Below are positions 1-10,409 of a stretch of 64,000 bases of DNA, one piece after another (position 1 is the stretch's first letter; each line of letters begins with the position of its first letter). The notes under the pieces were generated by a model, which was not told the origin of the DNA, made no database searches, and saw nothing but the letters and a program-made list of their open reading frames with translations. The translations under genes were made by a program, and so were the position numbers. The stretch comes from an uncultured Actinomycetes bacterium (lineage in GTDB: Bacteria > Actinomycetota > Thermoleophilia > RBG-16-64-13), in the NCBI GenBank assembly GCA_963706025.1, contig CAVPLM010000005.1, positions 960,001 to 1,024,000 of the forward strand, given 5' to 3'.

Positions 1-6
1 GGGTCA

Positions 7-402
7 ATGCGTGTAGACGTCGGTTTCCCGGCCAGCGACGAGATTCAGGCCCGCTCGAAGGGACTGGTGGTAGAGATCGGCCTGCCGCCGGACCGCGGAG
101 GAGATCCGGAAGCGCTCGGCCCGTTCGATCTTCTGCTCTGTTCTCTTGCTCTGTGCACCGGATACCACGTCCTCGCCTTCTTGGAGGAGCGCGGCATCTC
201 TCTCGCCGAGGCGGGCCTATGCGTCGAGGCCGAGCGCAGTGCGGATTCCCACCTGCTGGACACGGTGTCCGTCCAGATCAAAGTGCCCGCCGACTTCCCC
301 GAGAAATACGGCGACGCGATCATGCGGGCGGCAGGCCAGTGCCTCGTAAAGGCCCAGTTGGGACACCAACCCGACTTCAAGATGTCGGTCGTGCCCGCTT
401 GA
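7..402 (+). CDS. OsmC/Ohr family protein
   Basis: 131-aa ORF with GG..GPFDLLLCSLALC motif and a second Cys in QCLV. Confidence 0.75.
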   Translation: MRVDVGFPASDEIQARSKGLVVEIGLPPDRGGDPEALGPFDLLLCSLALCTGYHVLAFLEERGISLAEAGLCVEAERSADSHLLDTVSVQIKVPADFPEKYGDAIMRAAGQCLVKAQLGHQPDFKMSVVPA

Positions 403-574
403 CGGGATTTCGCAGGGAGACCGACACACACGGTCGCCGCATCAGTCCGGAGCAGTCCACGTGGGATCGGGGCAGGACAGCGGAAGCGGCGGCGTGTGAT
501 AGGGTTGATCGAGCGAGCTGCATATGCTTCCGCGATTCATCACGCCAGTACGTCCTCCCGGAAAGGAGCATCTG

Positions 575-1384
575 ATGGGTGAGCTGAACTACGAGACCAG
601 ACACAAGTTGAAGCCCCACGATTTCGCCATTCTCGACAAGTTCGACTTCAAGTATGCCCCGGTCGGCTTCAAGTTCTTCAACGTGGAGGCAGATCTGGAG
701 GGCCTGGATCTGGAACCACTGTCCGGGACCGGGAAGTACGGCGGTGATTCGAAGATGGCGTGGTGCGAGATGCTGCTCGAGGCTCAGATGGGAAAGGCCT
801 TCTATGCCACGGCGGAACACCAATACTGCGAACCCGGCATCTTCCTGTCGGGCCATGGCGAGTTGGACCCCCTGGCCGCCGGCGGGCGGATCGGCCCTCC
901 CTTCGACATCTACGCCGACGAGCGTCCGAACAGACGCATCTACAACCACATCACCGTGCTCGCCCCGGGGTCGACGTACGCCACCGGGTTTGCCCCGGTC
1001 GACAAGTTGACCTTCGATCCGGACCTCCTGATCATCACCTGCGACAACATGGATCAGGGCGAACGCGTGCTGCGGGCGACGCAGTGGGACACGGGCGACA
1101 TGATCGAGAGCCACATGACCTATGTGATGGGCTGCAACTGGATGTACACGTATCCGTTCGTGACCGGCAAGATAAACACCGTATGGACGGGCGTCTGCTA
1201 CGGCATGAAGATGTACAAGCTCTATCCGCCGGGACTGCCGATCGTCGTGATCCCCTGGCACCACATCGATAGGATCCTCAGAAACATGAACGAGATGCCC
1301 TGGAGCCTTCCCGGACACACCGACCAGAAAGACGAGGCCTACCAGAAGGGCTACGAACGCCTGGGCGTCAAAGACATCATCTAA
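575..1384 (+). CDS. DUF169 family protein
   Basis: SD GAAAGGAG before ATG575; PVGFKF, WCEM, C..G, FDPDLLII and GxC pattern typical of DUF169. Confidence 0.7.
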   Translation: MGELNYETRHKLKPHDFAILDKFDFKYAPVGFKFFNVEADLEGLDLEPLSGTGKYGGDSKMAWCEMLLEAQMGKAFYATAEHQYCEPGIFLSGHGELDPLAAGGRIGPPFDIYADERPNRRIYNHITVLAPGSTYATGFAPVDKLTFDPDLLIITCDNMDQGERVLRATQWDTGDMIESHMTYVMGCNWMYTYPFVTGKINTVWTGVCYGMKMYKLYPPGLPIVVIPWHHIDRILRNMNEMPWSLPGHTDQKDEAYQKGYERLGVKDII

Positions 1385-1417
1385 AGCGCTGCCACCGGCT
1401 TTCACCCCGATTTGGGC

Positions 1418-2608
1418 CTAGACCACGAACGCCTCCACGGCCTCGTCAATCAACCTCTGCACGTGCCCGTCATCGTCTTCGCGAGTGCGGCCGAGCAGAC
1501 CCTCGCGCCAGCGGGCGGGGAGCGACGCTTCACCGTGGAGCGCCCCCACGGCCGCGCCCACGATTGCGGCCACGGTGTCGTTGTCCCGGGTGTCGTTGAC
1601 GGCACGCACGATCGCTTCCTGCGGATCCCCGCCATGACAGGCCAGGATGTGTAAGACACAGGGCACGGTCTCCAGCAGATAGGCCCCCGAATACCAGCGC
1701 TCGGCTGCAGCCGGGACGCTCTCACCCGCTTCGACGGCCCGGAACACCTGCTGCTCGACCCGGTCGCAGAGGCCGCCTTGGAAAGGATCTCCCGGTACCC
1801 GGGAGCGATAGGGGGCGCCGTCCGCGGGCGATTCCACCGGTCGTGCGTAGCGGAGGAAGGTCTCGGGCCACCACCGGGCGGGGGGATCCTCACCTTCCGG
1901 CCGGGCCATGCACTCCGCCAGCAGTCCCACGAAGCCCACGCTCGCCGCCACGGCGGCCTCGTCTCGGTGGGTCAGGACCGTGGCCGCTACCACGTCCGCC
2001 CACAAAGCCTCGGTCATGCTCCGCAGGTGGGGCAGAAGGACGGGGGCGATGCGCATGAGGGCACCGTTGCCCGCACTGGGCTGTCCGGCCTCGAACCACT
2101 CCTTCCCGCCGAACCGGTAGGCGAAGAGGAAAGCGGTCATGGTGCTCCCGATTCCGAAGATCCGGTGCTGCCGGGTGAAAGTATCGGCGAGATCGGCGGG
2201 GTCGAGGTATCCGCGGCGGAGCAATGACTCCAGCGTCCAGAAGGCGAGTTGGGTGTCGTCGGAAGGGAGTCCGATCGGAAGCATCTCCTCCCGGCGATTG
2301 GGGAGATAGTCACGGACCTCCCCGTGGGCTCGGCGCCTTTCCTCCGGGCTCACGCCCTCGCTGGTGTTGCCAAGGGAATCTCCTACGGCCAGGCCGAGCA
2401 GCATACCCCGGACGCGGTTGCTCAACAGTCCCGCAGGCGATCCTACGCTCGCGGGCGCCGGGCGCGCGGGCGCCCTTTGCCCGGACGCCGGCCCAGCCTG
2501 CCCCGGCGTCGGCCCGGCCCGAGTCGGCGCCGGCGGGACCGGGATCGACCGGCCTACCCAAGGCAGAAGCGCCTGCCACTCTCGATCCGAGTAGTGATAC
2601 GCGGTCAT
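1418..2608 (-). CDS. ADP-ribosylglycohydrolase (DraG/ARH family)
   Basis: GLAVGDSLG, SDDTQL, GNGALMR and DNDT motifs in the C-terminal part of ORF 1418..3904; start may be 2608 or 2626. Confidence 0.88.
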   Translation of the reverse strand: MTAYHYSDREWQALLPWVGRSIPVPPAPTRAGPTPGQAGPASGQRAPARPAPASVGSPAGLLSNRVRGMLLGLAVGDSLGNTSEGVSPEERRRAHGEVRDYLPNRREEMLPIGLPSDDTQLAFWTLESLLRRGYLDPADLADTFTRQHRIFGIGSTMTAFLFAYRFGGKEWFEAGQPSAGNGALMRIAPVLLPHLRSMTEALWADVVAATVLTHRDEAAVAASVGFVGLLAECMARPEGEDPPARWWPETFLRYARPVESPADGAPYRSRVPGDPFQGGLCDRVEQQVFRAVEAGESVPAAAERWYSGAYLLETVPCVLHILACHGGDPQEAIVRAVNDTRDNDTVAAIVGAAVGALHGEASLPARWREGLLGRTREDDDGHVQRLIDEAVEAFVV

Positions 2609-2634
2609 GGCGCGCTCGCTATCCATTGGAAGAC

Positions 2635-4269
2635 CTACCCGCCGCGCAGCACCGACCGCGCGCTTCTCGTCCCCGACTCCGCCAGCACCCTCTCCACCTG
2701 CTCCCGATTCTTCCAGAGCGCGCACCCGCCCCCGACATATTGCGACAGCTCCGGCAGGGCGCGCAGACCGGCCAGGAAGGGCGACCGCAGGGCCTCCAAC
2801 AGAGACGTGTCGTTGAGGTTGACGTCGGAGTAAGGAGCGAACGGGCACGGTTCCAGGTCGCCCGAGGCGTTGATGTGGACGAACCCCCTGCCCGAGGAGA
2901 GGCAGCCGCCGACCGCTTGTTCGTCCCAGGGGACGGCGGTGAACAGGGCGGCGTGGCGTTTCCGCAGGGCTTGGATCCGGGACATGACCTGCTGTCGCTG
3001 AGACTCGGTGAGGACCCAGTCGGCGGTGGTCTCGTCTGTGGGCGTGTAGTCCAAGAAGAGGAAGAACCGGCAGCCCTCGCCGACCAGTCCCCGGATATAG
3101 TGCTCGTCCAACACCTGGGAGAAGTTCCGGCTGGTCAGGGTGAGCGAGCACCCGAAGAAGAGTGACTCGTCCTTCAGAGTCCCCATGACCTGCATCAGCC
3201 GGCGGTACGTGCCCGGGCCCCGGCGTTCGTCGGTCTGGCCGGCGGTGCCCTCCAGACTCAACATGGGGACGACGTTCTTGAGTCCCGTCAGTCGATCCAC
3301 CATCCCTTTGTCGACCAGCACCCCGTTCGTCAGTAGGAGGAACAGGACGCGAGGGAACCGAGCCGCGATATCGAGGAACTCGGGCCGCATGAGCGGCTCG
3401 CCGCCTGCCACGACGAAGAACGAGACCCCCAGTTGGTCGGCTTCGGCCACGATCCCGCGGAGACGAGATTCGCTGAGCTCGCCGGGTAGCGCGGCGGCAT
3501 CCAAGCCGGCCGCTCGGTCGGCGGCCGGCGCCTCCGCCCGGTTCTCGAAAGAACGCGCGTAGCACCCCGCACACTCGAGATTGCACTGGTGAGTGATGCT
3601 GAAGATGATGATCGGCGGCACCGGTATGCCCCGCTTCCGCCACTCTTCCCGGGTCTTTGCAGCAGCGGCCTGCCAGCGGACGACGCGCGAGAACTGCCAT
3701 GCCTGCCCCGGCCGGCGGAGCGTGACCCGCATCCCGTTCCAGAAGAAAGCAAGGAGCGTGCGGTCCAGCACCTTCGCGAGACCCGGGCGGCCCCCAAGAC
3801 TCCGCTGGCTCCCAAGGCCCGGTTGGCCCCCAAGACCCGGGCCGGCTTCCGGCACGCGGCCCTCCCCTCCCTCCGTGTGCGCGGTGATGTCCCACTCGCC
3901 CCACCGGCGTACGATCCGCCCGTCCCGGACGTCGATGATCTCGATGCCGGTGATCGGCGTCTTCTTTCCCGTAGGGCCCCGACCCAGGAAGGTCGCGCGA
4001 TTCGTACCTTCGGCGGACCAGCGCACCGCTACCCGCCCTGTGGCCTCGTCGACGACCAGGTCGTCGACCGTGGTCTTCAGATCCGGGAAGACGCGCACCA
4101 GTTCGGCGAGGGCGGCGGCAAAGGCTTCCTTGGTGCTAGGGCGGCCCGCGGCCGAGTGGTCCTCGAAGTCCGGGGAATGAAGCCGGTCGAAGAGGTCCCA
4201 ATCCACAGGCGTGCACCAGAGCGAGATCCACCGCCTGGCCGTACTCTCGAGTTCAGTTCGAAGGGACAA
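2635..4269 (-). CDS. SnoaL-like ester cyclase domain fused in frame to a radical SAM/Twitch-SPASM domain
   Basis: N-term FPDL..TVDDLV..VAVRW..GT..FLG..PTGK..GRIV; CNLECAGC; C-term GCLSSGRGFVHINASGDLEPCPF. Confidence 0.75.
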   Translation of the reverse strand: MSLRTELESTARRWISLWCTPVDWDLFDRLHSPDFEDHSAAGRPSTKEAFAAALAELVRVFPDLKTTVDDLVVDEATGRVAVRWSAEGTNRATFLGRGPTGKKTPITGIEIIDVRDGRIVRRWGEWDITAHTEGGEGRVPEAGPGLGGQPGLGSQRSLGGRPGLAKVLDRTLLAFFWNGMRVTLRRPGQAWQFSRVVRWQAAAAKTREEWRKRGIPVPPIIIFSITHQCNLECAGCYARSFENRAEAPAADRAAGLDAAALPGELSESRLRGIVAEADQLGVSFFVVAGGEPLMRPEFLDIAARFPRVLFLLLTNGVLVDKGMVDRLTGLKNVVPMLSLEGTAGQTDERRGPGTYRRLMQVMGTLKDESLFFGCSLTLTSRNFSQVLDEHYIRGLVGEGCRFFLFLDYTPTDETTADWVLTESQRQQVMSRIQALRKRHAALFTAVPWDEQAVGGCLSSGRGFVHINASGDLEPCPFAPYSDVNLNDTSLLEALRSPFLAGLRALPELSQYVGGGCALWKNREQVERVLAESGTRSARSVLRGG

Positions 4270-4473
4270 GGCGCCTCCTGCGCGGCCGGTTTGGGTCTTC
4301 TCGTCATGCTACTCCCCTTTGGGCCGGCGCGCGGCCCAGGAACTTTGGGGGAGCCCCCGTGGTCGAGCGAAGAACTTCTGCTGAAGCAACTGCGTCAGAG
4401 AGCCGATACAATGGGCGTAGACAAGTCACTCCCAACGCCCAGGGGTGGAACCCGGGCCTACGAAGGAGTCATC

Positions 4474-5514
4474 ATGCGCAGGTTGTCACTGTTGCTTCTC
4501 ACTGTCGGCCTACTCGTCGCATTGGGGGCCGCCGGATGCGGCACGGCCGCCCAGACAGCCGGCGTCTCCCCCGAGGGCTCGTCCGACCTGTCCCCCGAGG
4601 CCATCCTCTCGGCGGCCGTCACAGCCGCTGAGGATATGAGCAGCGCTCAGGGGAGCTACGAGTTCGCGATGTCGTTCGACGTCGACACCAGTCAGTTGCC
4701 CGACGAGGCGCTGGGGATGGTCGGTCAGCCCATGACGGTGGCCGGCACTTTCGCCTACGGTGACGAACCGCAGGCGGTCGAGCTCACACTCTCCATGGAA
4801 CTGGCCGGGGAAGCCATGGATATGGGCATGAAGCTCGTCGACGACAAAGCCTGGCTCCACGTTCTCGACCAGTGGTACGAGGCACCCGCCGAGATGACGG
4901 CATTCATGGGTGACCCGGCCGCGCAGGAGACCCAAGCGGCCGAGGTCCGGCAGATGCTGACCGATGCGGGGATCGATCCGATGACCTGGATGAAGGACCT
5001 GCGTCTGGTCGGGGAGGAGACGCTCGACGGCGTCGCCGTCTACCACCTGGCAGCCTCGCCGGACATGGCCAAGATCATGACCGACCTCGTCACCTTGATG
5101 CAGAGCGAGCAGTTCACGAAACTGCTCGATCCGACCGGGTCTGCGGGTGGCATGACGGGCGCCGGGGAGTTCATGCCGGGGACCGAAGAGCTCGAGGAGA
5201 TGCAGACGCAGCTGGCCTCGATGTTCCAAAACCTGACGGCCGACCTCTGGATAGCCAAGGAAGACTCCATGCTCCGCAAGGCCGCCATCGCCGCGCGCAT
5301 GGTACCTCCGGCGGGCGAGGACGCTGAAGGTCTCAACGCGATCGACATCGGGGCGACTATCGTCCTGCAGACGGCGAACCAGCCTGTGACAGTGGAACCA
5401 CCCGCTTCCGCACTTCCCTGGTCTGAATTCGAGAAGGCCATGCAGGAGAACCCGGGTATGTTCATGGGCCCGTTCATGGGAGCGATGGGAGGCACCGCGA
5501 CCGGGACCTACTAA
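4474..5514 (+). CDS. LppX/LprAFG-like lipoprotein
   Basis: SD GAAGGAG, signal peptide with lipobox AAGC, GEETLDG..YH and LWIAKED motifs. Confidence 0.65.
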   Translation: MRRLSLLLLTVGLLVALGAAGCGTAAQTAGVSPEGSSDLSPEAILSAAVTAAEDMSSAQGSYEFAMSFDVDTSQLPDEALGMVGQPMTVAGTFAYGDEPQAVELTLSMELAGEAMDMGMKLVDDKAWLHVLDQWYEAPAEMTAFMGDPAAQETQAAEVRQMLTDAGIDPMTWMKDLRLVGEETLDGVAVYHLAASPDMAKIMTDLVTLMQSEQFTKLLDPTGSAGGMTGAGEFMPGTEELEEMQTQLASMFQNLTADLWIAKEDSMLRKAAIAARMVPPAGEDAEGLNAIDIGATIVLQTANQPVTVEPPASALPWSEFEKAMQENPGMFMGPFMGAMGGTATGTY

Positions 5515-5544
5515 GGACGCACTTCGACTGAGCGCCGCGTTCTT

Positions 5545-5579
5545 AAGCGGCCACGGTCCCCGACCGTGGCCGCTTCTTC
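5545..5579 (+). terminator. Intrinsic terminator hairpin
   Basis: aagcggccacggtc-ccc-gaccgtggccgctt followed by cttc, between convergent genes. Confidence 0.7.
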
Positions 5580-5654
5580 GTGCGCCGCAGCCGCGGGAGT
5601 AGACGCAAGGGGCGCGGAGACTACCGGAGCGGGGAGACTACCTGAGCGGGGAGG

Positions 5655-6497
5655 CTACCGTAGGAGCCTCACGCCCTGCTCGATCAGCGCTCTCACGTCC
5701 TCCAAGCTCTGCTGGTTCACCCGTATGACGCCTCGGAAGGGTCTGTCGAAATCGAGGATGACGAACATCACCGCGGTTACAACGAAGGTGATCACCACCT
5801 CGGCAACCAGCGACCGCCCCCCGCTCAACCCGGAGGTATATCCCATGACCCCCAGCATCGCGAACGTGACCACGAAGATCACGTACAACACCGGCTCGGG
5901 CACGTGGTTGCGCAGCCCGGCTTCGCGCCGACCGGCCGAGTCGATCATCTCGTTGAGCGACTGCAGATAAAGACCGTAGGTCACGGCCCGCTGATCCAGT
6001 TCTGCCGCGGACACGCCCAGGGACCAGAGTTGCTGCTGCAGGCTTGTCGCCCTCTCCTGGAAGTTGGAAGCCTCGCTGAGATATCGCTCCGGACTGGCCA
6101 ACTGGAGGCGGACGTCGACGTATTCCGCGAAAGCTCGGACCGAAAGGGTCCGCTGCGGTTCCGGGAGCAGGTCCGTCCGTAGATAGGCGGTGCCGACGGC
6201 GTTGGCCTCATCGACCACAGCCAACTTCCTGGTTTCGAAACGGCTGACCGACATCGAGAGGGTAAAGGCGAGCAGAAGGCCGAGGAGGGCCGCGATCGCC
6301 GCCTGAGCCGCACCCAGGTGGTCCTTCTTGTACTTGGCCCGGGCGGCGCTTTCGCTGTCGCCCCTGGAGTCTCTCTTCGCGGCGGCGTGTCGCTTACCCA
6401 GTTGGTATCCGCCCTCGGCCACGAGGAAGCAGACCACGAAGATGACAACGGCGATGATCCAGCCCGGTACTCTGAAAAGGAAGGTGTAGCTCTCCAT
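5655..6497 (-). CDS. DUF4239-like (bestrophin-like) membrane protein
   Basis: LLGLLLAFT..RF..R..EANAVGTAYLR and DFDRPFRG motifs; several TM segments. Confidence 0.75.
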   Translation of the reverse strand: MESYTFLFRVPGWIIAVVIFVVCFLVAEGGYQLGKRHAAAKRDSRGDSESAARAKYKKDHLGAAQAAIAALLGLLLAFTLSMSVSRFETRKLAVVDEANAVGTAYLRTDLLPEPQRTLSVRAFAEYVDVRLQLASPERYLSEASNFQERATSLQQQLWSLGVSAAELDQRAVTYGLYLQSLNEMIDSAGRREAGLRNHVPEPVLYVIFVVTFAMLGVMGYTSGLSGGRSLVAEVVITFVVTAVMFVILDFDRPFRGVIRVNQQSLEDVRALIEQGVRLLR

Positions 6498-6747
6498 CCC
6501 GGACAGTGTACTTGAGGACGGACGAAGCCCGCAACGGCCTGCGCTTTCCGCCAAGGAATCTCCGGCCGCGGCGGCCTTCGGTCAGCGGCATTTTGGGCCC
6601 CGAGGCCCCTCCGGCCGGGGGAGCCGGCGATCGCAGGCGTTTCTGCCGCGAAAACTGCCGATTGCGGGGGCCCTCCGCTCATGGGAACTCCCTGAGCGCC
6701 CGTGTTGTCCTAGGGACAGGACTTGGGTTCTCGGCTGGTGGGGGTGC

Positions 6748-8166
6748 ATGATGAGAGTGACGCCACGTTCTTTCGGAGCCGTTGCCCTGGCGGCTGTGTT
6801 CTTGATTATGGGGGTGATGTTCATGGTCACGGCCTGCGGGGATGCCGGTCCTGACGAGAACGGCAGCACCACGTCCACGTCGTCGAACGACTCGACCCCG
6901 ACGACCACGCCTACCGGAGATACGGAGACAGATGGCGTGGTCCTGGCCATGTCCGACCTCTCCCGGATCGCCCCCGCGGCTTCCCAGGACGATATCCTTT
7001 CCGCCGCCGCCAGCATGCGGGAGTTCGGTATCGACATGTACGAGATCCTCGCTCAAGATTCGGGCGATGGGAATCTCGTGTTCTCCCCGGCCAGCATCGT
7101 CACGGCCCTAGCCATGACCTACGCGGGCGCGCAGGGAGTCACCGCCGAAGAGATGGCGGCCACGCTCCACTTCACTCTTGAAGGCGACGCCCTACACCAA
7201 GCGTTCAACTCCCTCGACTCCGCTCTGGAATCCAGGAGCTGGGAAGGCAAAGACCCGGACGGCAAGGACCAGGGGGTGTTGGTGAAGACGGCCAACAGCC
7301 TGTGGGGACAGCAAGATACCGTATTCGAACAGATCTTCCTCGACACGCTGGCCGCCAACTACGGGGCCGGCATGCGGCTGGTCGACTACAAGACGGCGGC
7401 CGAGGAAGCTCGCCAGGCCATCAACGACTGGGTGGCGGGCGAGACCGAAGACAAGATCACCGACCTCATCCCGGAGGGGACGCTCGACGAGCTCACCCGC
7501 CTGGTGTTGGTCAACGCCGTCTATCTGGACGCCACCTGGGCGACGCAGTTCGATCCCGAGCTCACCGAGGACGGACAGTTCACCACGCTGACCGGCGACC
7601 CGGTCACGGCCAGTATGATGTTCCAGTCCCTGTCGTTCCCGTATGCGAGCGGTGAGGGCTGGCAGGCGGTGGAGCTCCCCTACCTGCGCGATGACCCTTC
7701 CCGGGGCGAGCTGTCCATGCTCCTCATAGTGCCCGAAGCCGGACGCTTCGCCGAGGTCGAGAGCCGCCTCGGCGCCGGACTGATCGACGAGGCGGTCGGG
7801 CAACTGGCCACAGGCCCAGAGGTGATTCTGAGGATGCCCAAGTTCGAGTTTCGCACCCAGGCCGGCCTCAACGACGCTTTGACCGCGCTCGGCATGCCGA
7901 GCGCCTTCGACCCCAACACCGCCGATTTCTCCGGCATGACCACTCAGGAAGCACTGTACATCAGCGACGTCATCCACGAAGCCTACATAGCGGTAGATGA
8001 GGAAGGCACGGAAGCCGCTGCCGCCACCGCCGTCGTGATGCGGGCCACCGCGGCGCCCATGGAGATGGTGGAGCTGACCATCGACCGGCCCTTCATGTTC
8101 GCGCTGCGCGACCGGGAGACGGGCGCGATCTTGTTCCTGGGTCGGGTCACCGATCCGACGAGGTGA
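6748..8166 (+). CDS. Serpin (serine protease inhibitor) lipoprotein
   Basis: NLVFSPASI, LVNAVY, hinge EEGTEAAAAT, DRPFMF..LFLGRV; lipobox VTAC. Confidence 0.95.
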   Translation: MMRVTPRSFGAVALAAVFLIMGVMFMVTACGDAGPDENGSTTSTSSNDSTPTTTPTGDTETDGVVLAMSDLSRIAPAASQDDILSAAASMREFGIDMYEILAQDSGDGNLVFSPASIVTALAMTYAGAQGVTAEEMAATLHFTLEGDALHQAFNSLDSALESRSWEGKDPDGKDQGVLVKTANSLWGQQDTVFEQIFLDTLAANYGAGMRLVDYKTAAEEARQAINDWVAGETEDKITDLIPEGTLDELTRLVLVNAVYLDATWATQFDPELTEDGQFTTLTGDPVTASMMFQSLSFPYASGEGWQAVELPYLRDDPSRGELSMLLIVPEAGRFAEVESRLGAGLIDEAVGQLATGPEVILRMPKFEFRTQAGLNDALTALGMPSAFDPNTADFSGMTTQEALYISDVIHEAYIAVDEEGTEAAAATAVVMRATAAPMEMVELTIDRPFMFALRDRETGAILFLGRVTDPTR

Positions 8167-8194
8167 CCGTCCGGTCATCCCCGGTCTCAGACGC

Positions 8195-8232
8195 AAGAAA
8201 CCCTGGATGGGGCCCGGAGGCCCCGCCCAGGG
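8195..8232 (-). terminator. Intrinsic terminator (probably for cocE, possibly bidirectional)
   Basis: ccctgg..ggggcc-cgga-ggcccc..cccaggg hairpin with tttctt tail on the minus strand. Confidence 0.55.
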
Positions 8233-8299
8233 CACATTGCTGAAGGAGCGGGTCGGGCCAGGCTCCCTCAGCCGGCCCGCAAGCCTCTACCCCGCGGCT

Positions 8300-10064
8300 C
8301 TACGCCGGCGGGATCACCGGCAGTAGCAGGTGCGACGGGTATTCGGCGTTGTGGTAAACGCTGTGGGTGACGGTCTTGCTGCTGCAGACGTGGTTGCCGA
8401 TGTACTCGATGTTGCTCAGCCCGGCAGTGCCTGTGGGGACGTCCAGGCTCATGATGTCCACGCAGATGCGGTGACCACGCAGGAACAGGTTGGATGTAGA
8501 CAGAAGCTCGATCTGATACTCGTTGATCTCCCCCGGGACCACGGGCTGCTGCGCCTCCCGGGTCAGCTTGTGGAAGGGAGCCCAGGGCTTGGTCCGCTTG
8601 GGATCGAGCGCCCGCAGAGAGGCCTTCAGCCAGCCCCGGGTCAGTTCCCGCTCGGGTAGATCGTCGGGCACGAAGCGCTCCCCTTCGCGCTGGGTACGCA
8701 CCGAGACGTCCGGGCCCACATCCGACAGGGCAATGATCCAGTTGGTGTCGTCCTGGTCGAGCGCCGCGTGAATGGTTAGCGAGCACGGGCCGACCACCAG
8801 CAGGTCGTCCGGCAGGGGCTCGGTCATGTAGCGGAGCCGCTCCACCTTCATGGTCTTCTTGAGCGGCATCTGGGTGAAGACGTCCGGGTCCGGGTTGTAG
8901 CTCTGAGTCTTGTCCGGAGGCAGGGCTGCCTCAGTGGTAAGCCGCTCCCAGCTGTCCAGGTAGAACTTGGTCCACTGGGTCTCGGGCACCGGCCAATCGC
9001 TGAAGGTGCGCCACTTGTTCTCGCCCATGACCCAGGTCTTGACCGGCGGATCGTTCGGCACTCCGTTGTCGATGCCTTTGAGCCAGTAGTCGTACCAGCG
9101 GATGATGTCGTCGTGCAGGGTATGGAAAGGCCGCTCGGCGTGTGCGGGCCCGGTGAACAGCAGCCGCTTCTTGGGCGCGTTCTTGGCGTTCATGAACCAG
9201 TGCTGGGCGCCCTGCCAGTGCATCTTGTAGGTGTAGGCGTAGGCGCCTGAGCCGCACACGAAGGGGATCTTCACTTTCTCAAAGTCTTGCTCGCTCTTTT
9301 CCAGAAGCTCCGGGTAGTCGTAGGGATCGACAAGGGTCCAGAAGGTCATGCCGCTGCGCTGGCCCTTCTGGGTGAGGATGTTGTACAGATGGGCGTACAT
9401 CATGTAGTCGGGGTTGTTCATTGCCCATTCCCACTTCTTCTCCGCTTCGGGAGGAAGGGGGCCCGGCTGCTCCGCAAGGCTCATGCACGCAACTGAACAT
9501 GCCCAGCAGGTAAGGCATCATCTGGAAGACGCCGCCGGGATGGAACTCGCGCGCGCTCCACATGCCGCTGTAGGCGCCCATGGAGTCATACGGGAAGATG
9601 GCCTTGAGGGCCGGGTGTCCCTGCACCGCGGCCCGGAACTGCTCGCCGCCGTAGGCTGAGATGCCGATCATGCCCACGTTCCCGTCGCACCAGGGCTGGG
9701 AGGCGATCCACTCGATCATGTCGTAGTGGTCCCAGACGTCCTCGCCGTAGTTGCCCTCGGACTTGCCCACCCCGCGGAGCTCGGTGATCACGTGGGCGTA
9801 CCCGTTGGCGACCAGGCGTTTGGTGTCGCCCCCTTCGATGACCCCGTACCAGAGGCTGGCATATGCCGGCTGAGGCGGCAGGGCCTCCGCGATCTCGGGC
9901 CGCTGCAGGTCCTTGTTGTGCACGGCGCACGTGTAGAGGACCGGGTACTTGCCCGGGGCCTTGGGCCGGTACACATCCACCGCCAGGTGGACCCCGTCGC
10001 GCATCTTCACCATCACGTCGCGCTCTTGGATGATGTTGTCGTAGACCGGTTCGTTCACAGCCAT
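8300..10064 (-). CDS. CocE/NonD family hydrolase (frameshift near 9480)
   Basis: MRDGVHLAVDVYRP, RGVGKSEG, WCDGNVGMIGIS in ORF 9279..10283, continuing in ORF 8300..9484 (LTRGWLKAS, YPSHLLLP). Confidence 0.85.
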
Positions 10065-10322
10065 GTCGTCTCTCCTCGCTAGAATCCCGCAGTTCTGCTC
10101 ACAGCTTAATGACGATCCGGCCGCCTGGCAAACCGTTTCGGAACTCGCCGCGCGAGCGACGCCACCGGTGGGGCGACGCCGGTGGCGACGACGCCGATAG
10201 GACGACGCCGCTGGGCGACACCGGCGGGGCCGGTGAGAACGGCCTGCGATGGACGGACGGGTGGGTTTCGGAGTACTGTTCACGCGGCAACCAGAGGACC
10301 CAAGGGGTCCAGAGGTGGAAGA

Positions 10323-10409
10323 ATGAACCTCGAAACGGAGACGCCGGAGGAGATCGCCATCAGCATCGCCGCCGAGCTCGTCCGGGTGAGGGCGGGCAAG
10401 AGCAGATGA
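10323..10409 (+). pseudogene. C-terminal remnant of XdhC/CoxF maturation factor
   Basis: ETPEEIAISIAAEL is the conserved XdhC C-terminus; its stop overlaps the next start (ATGA). Confidence 0.65.

Noticed and set aside
10150-10240. Degenerate gcgacgccgg repeats upstream of the xdhC remnant
   Set aside because: Irregular period and low complexity; no function supportable from the sequence
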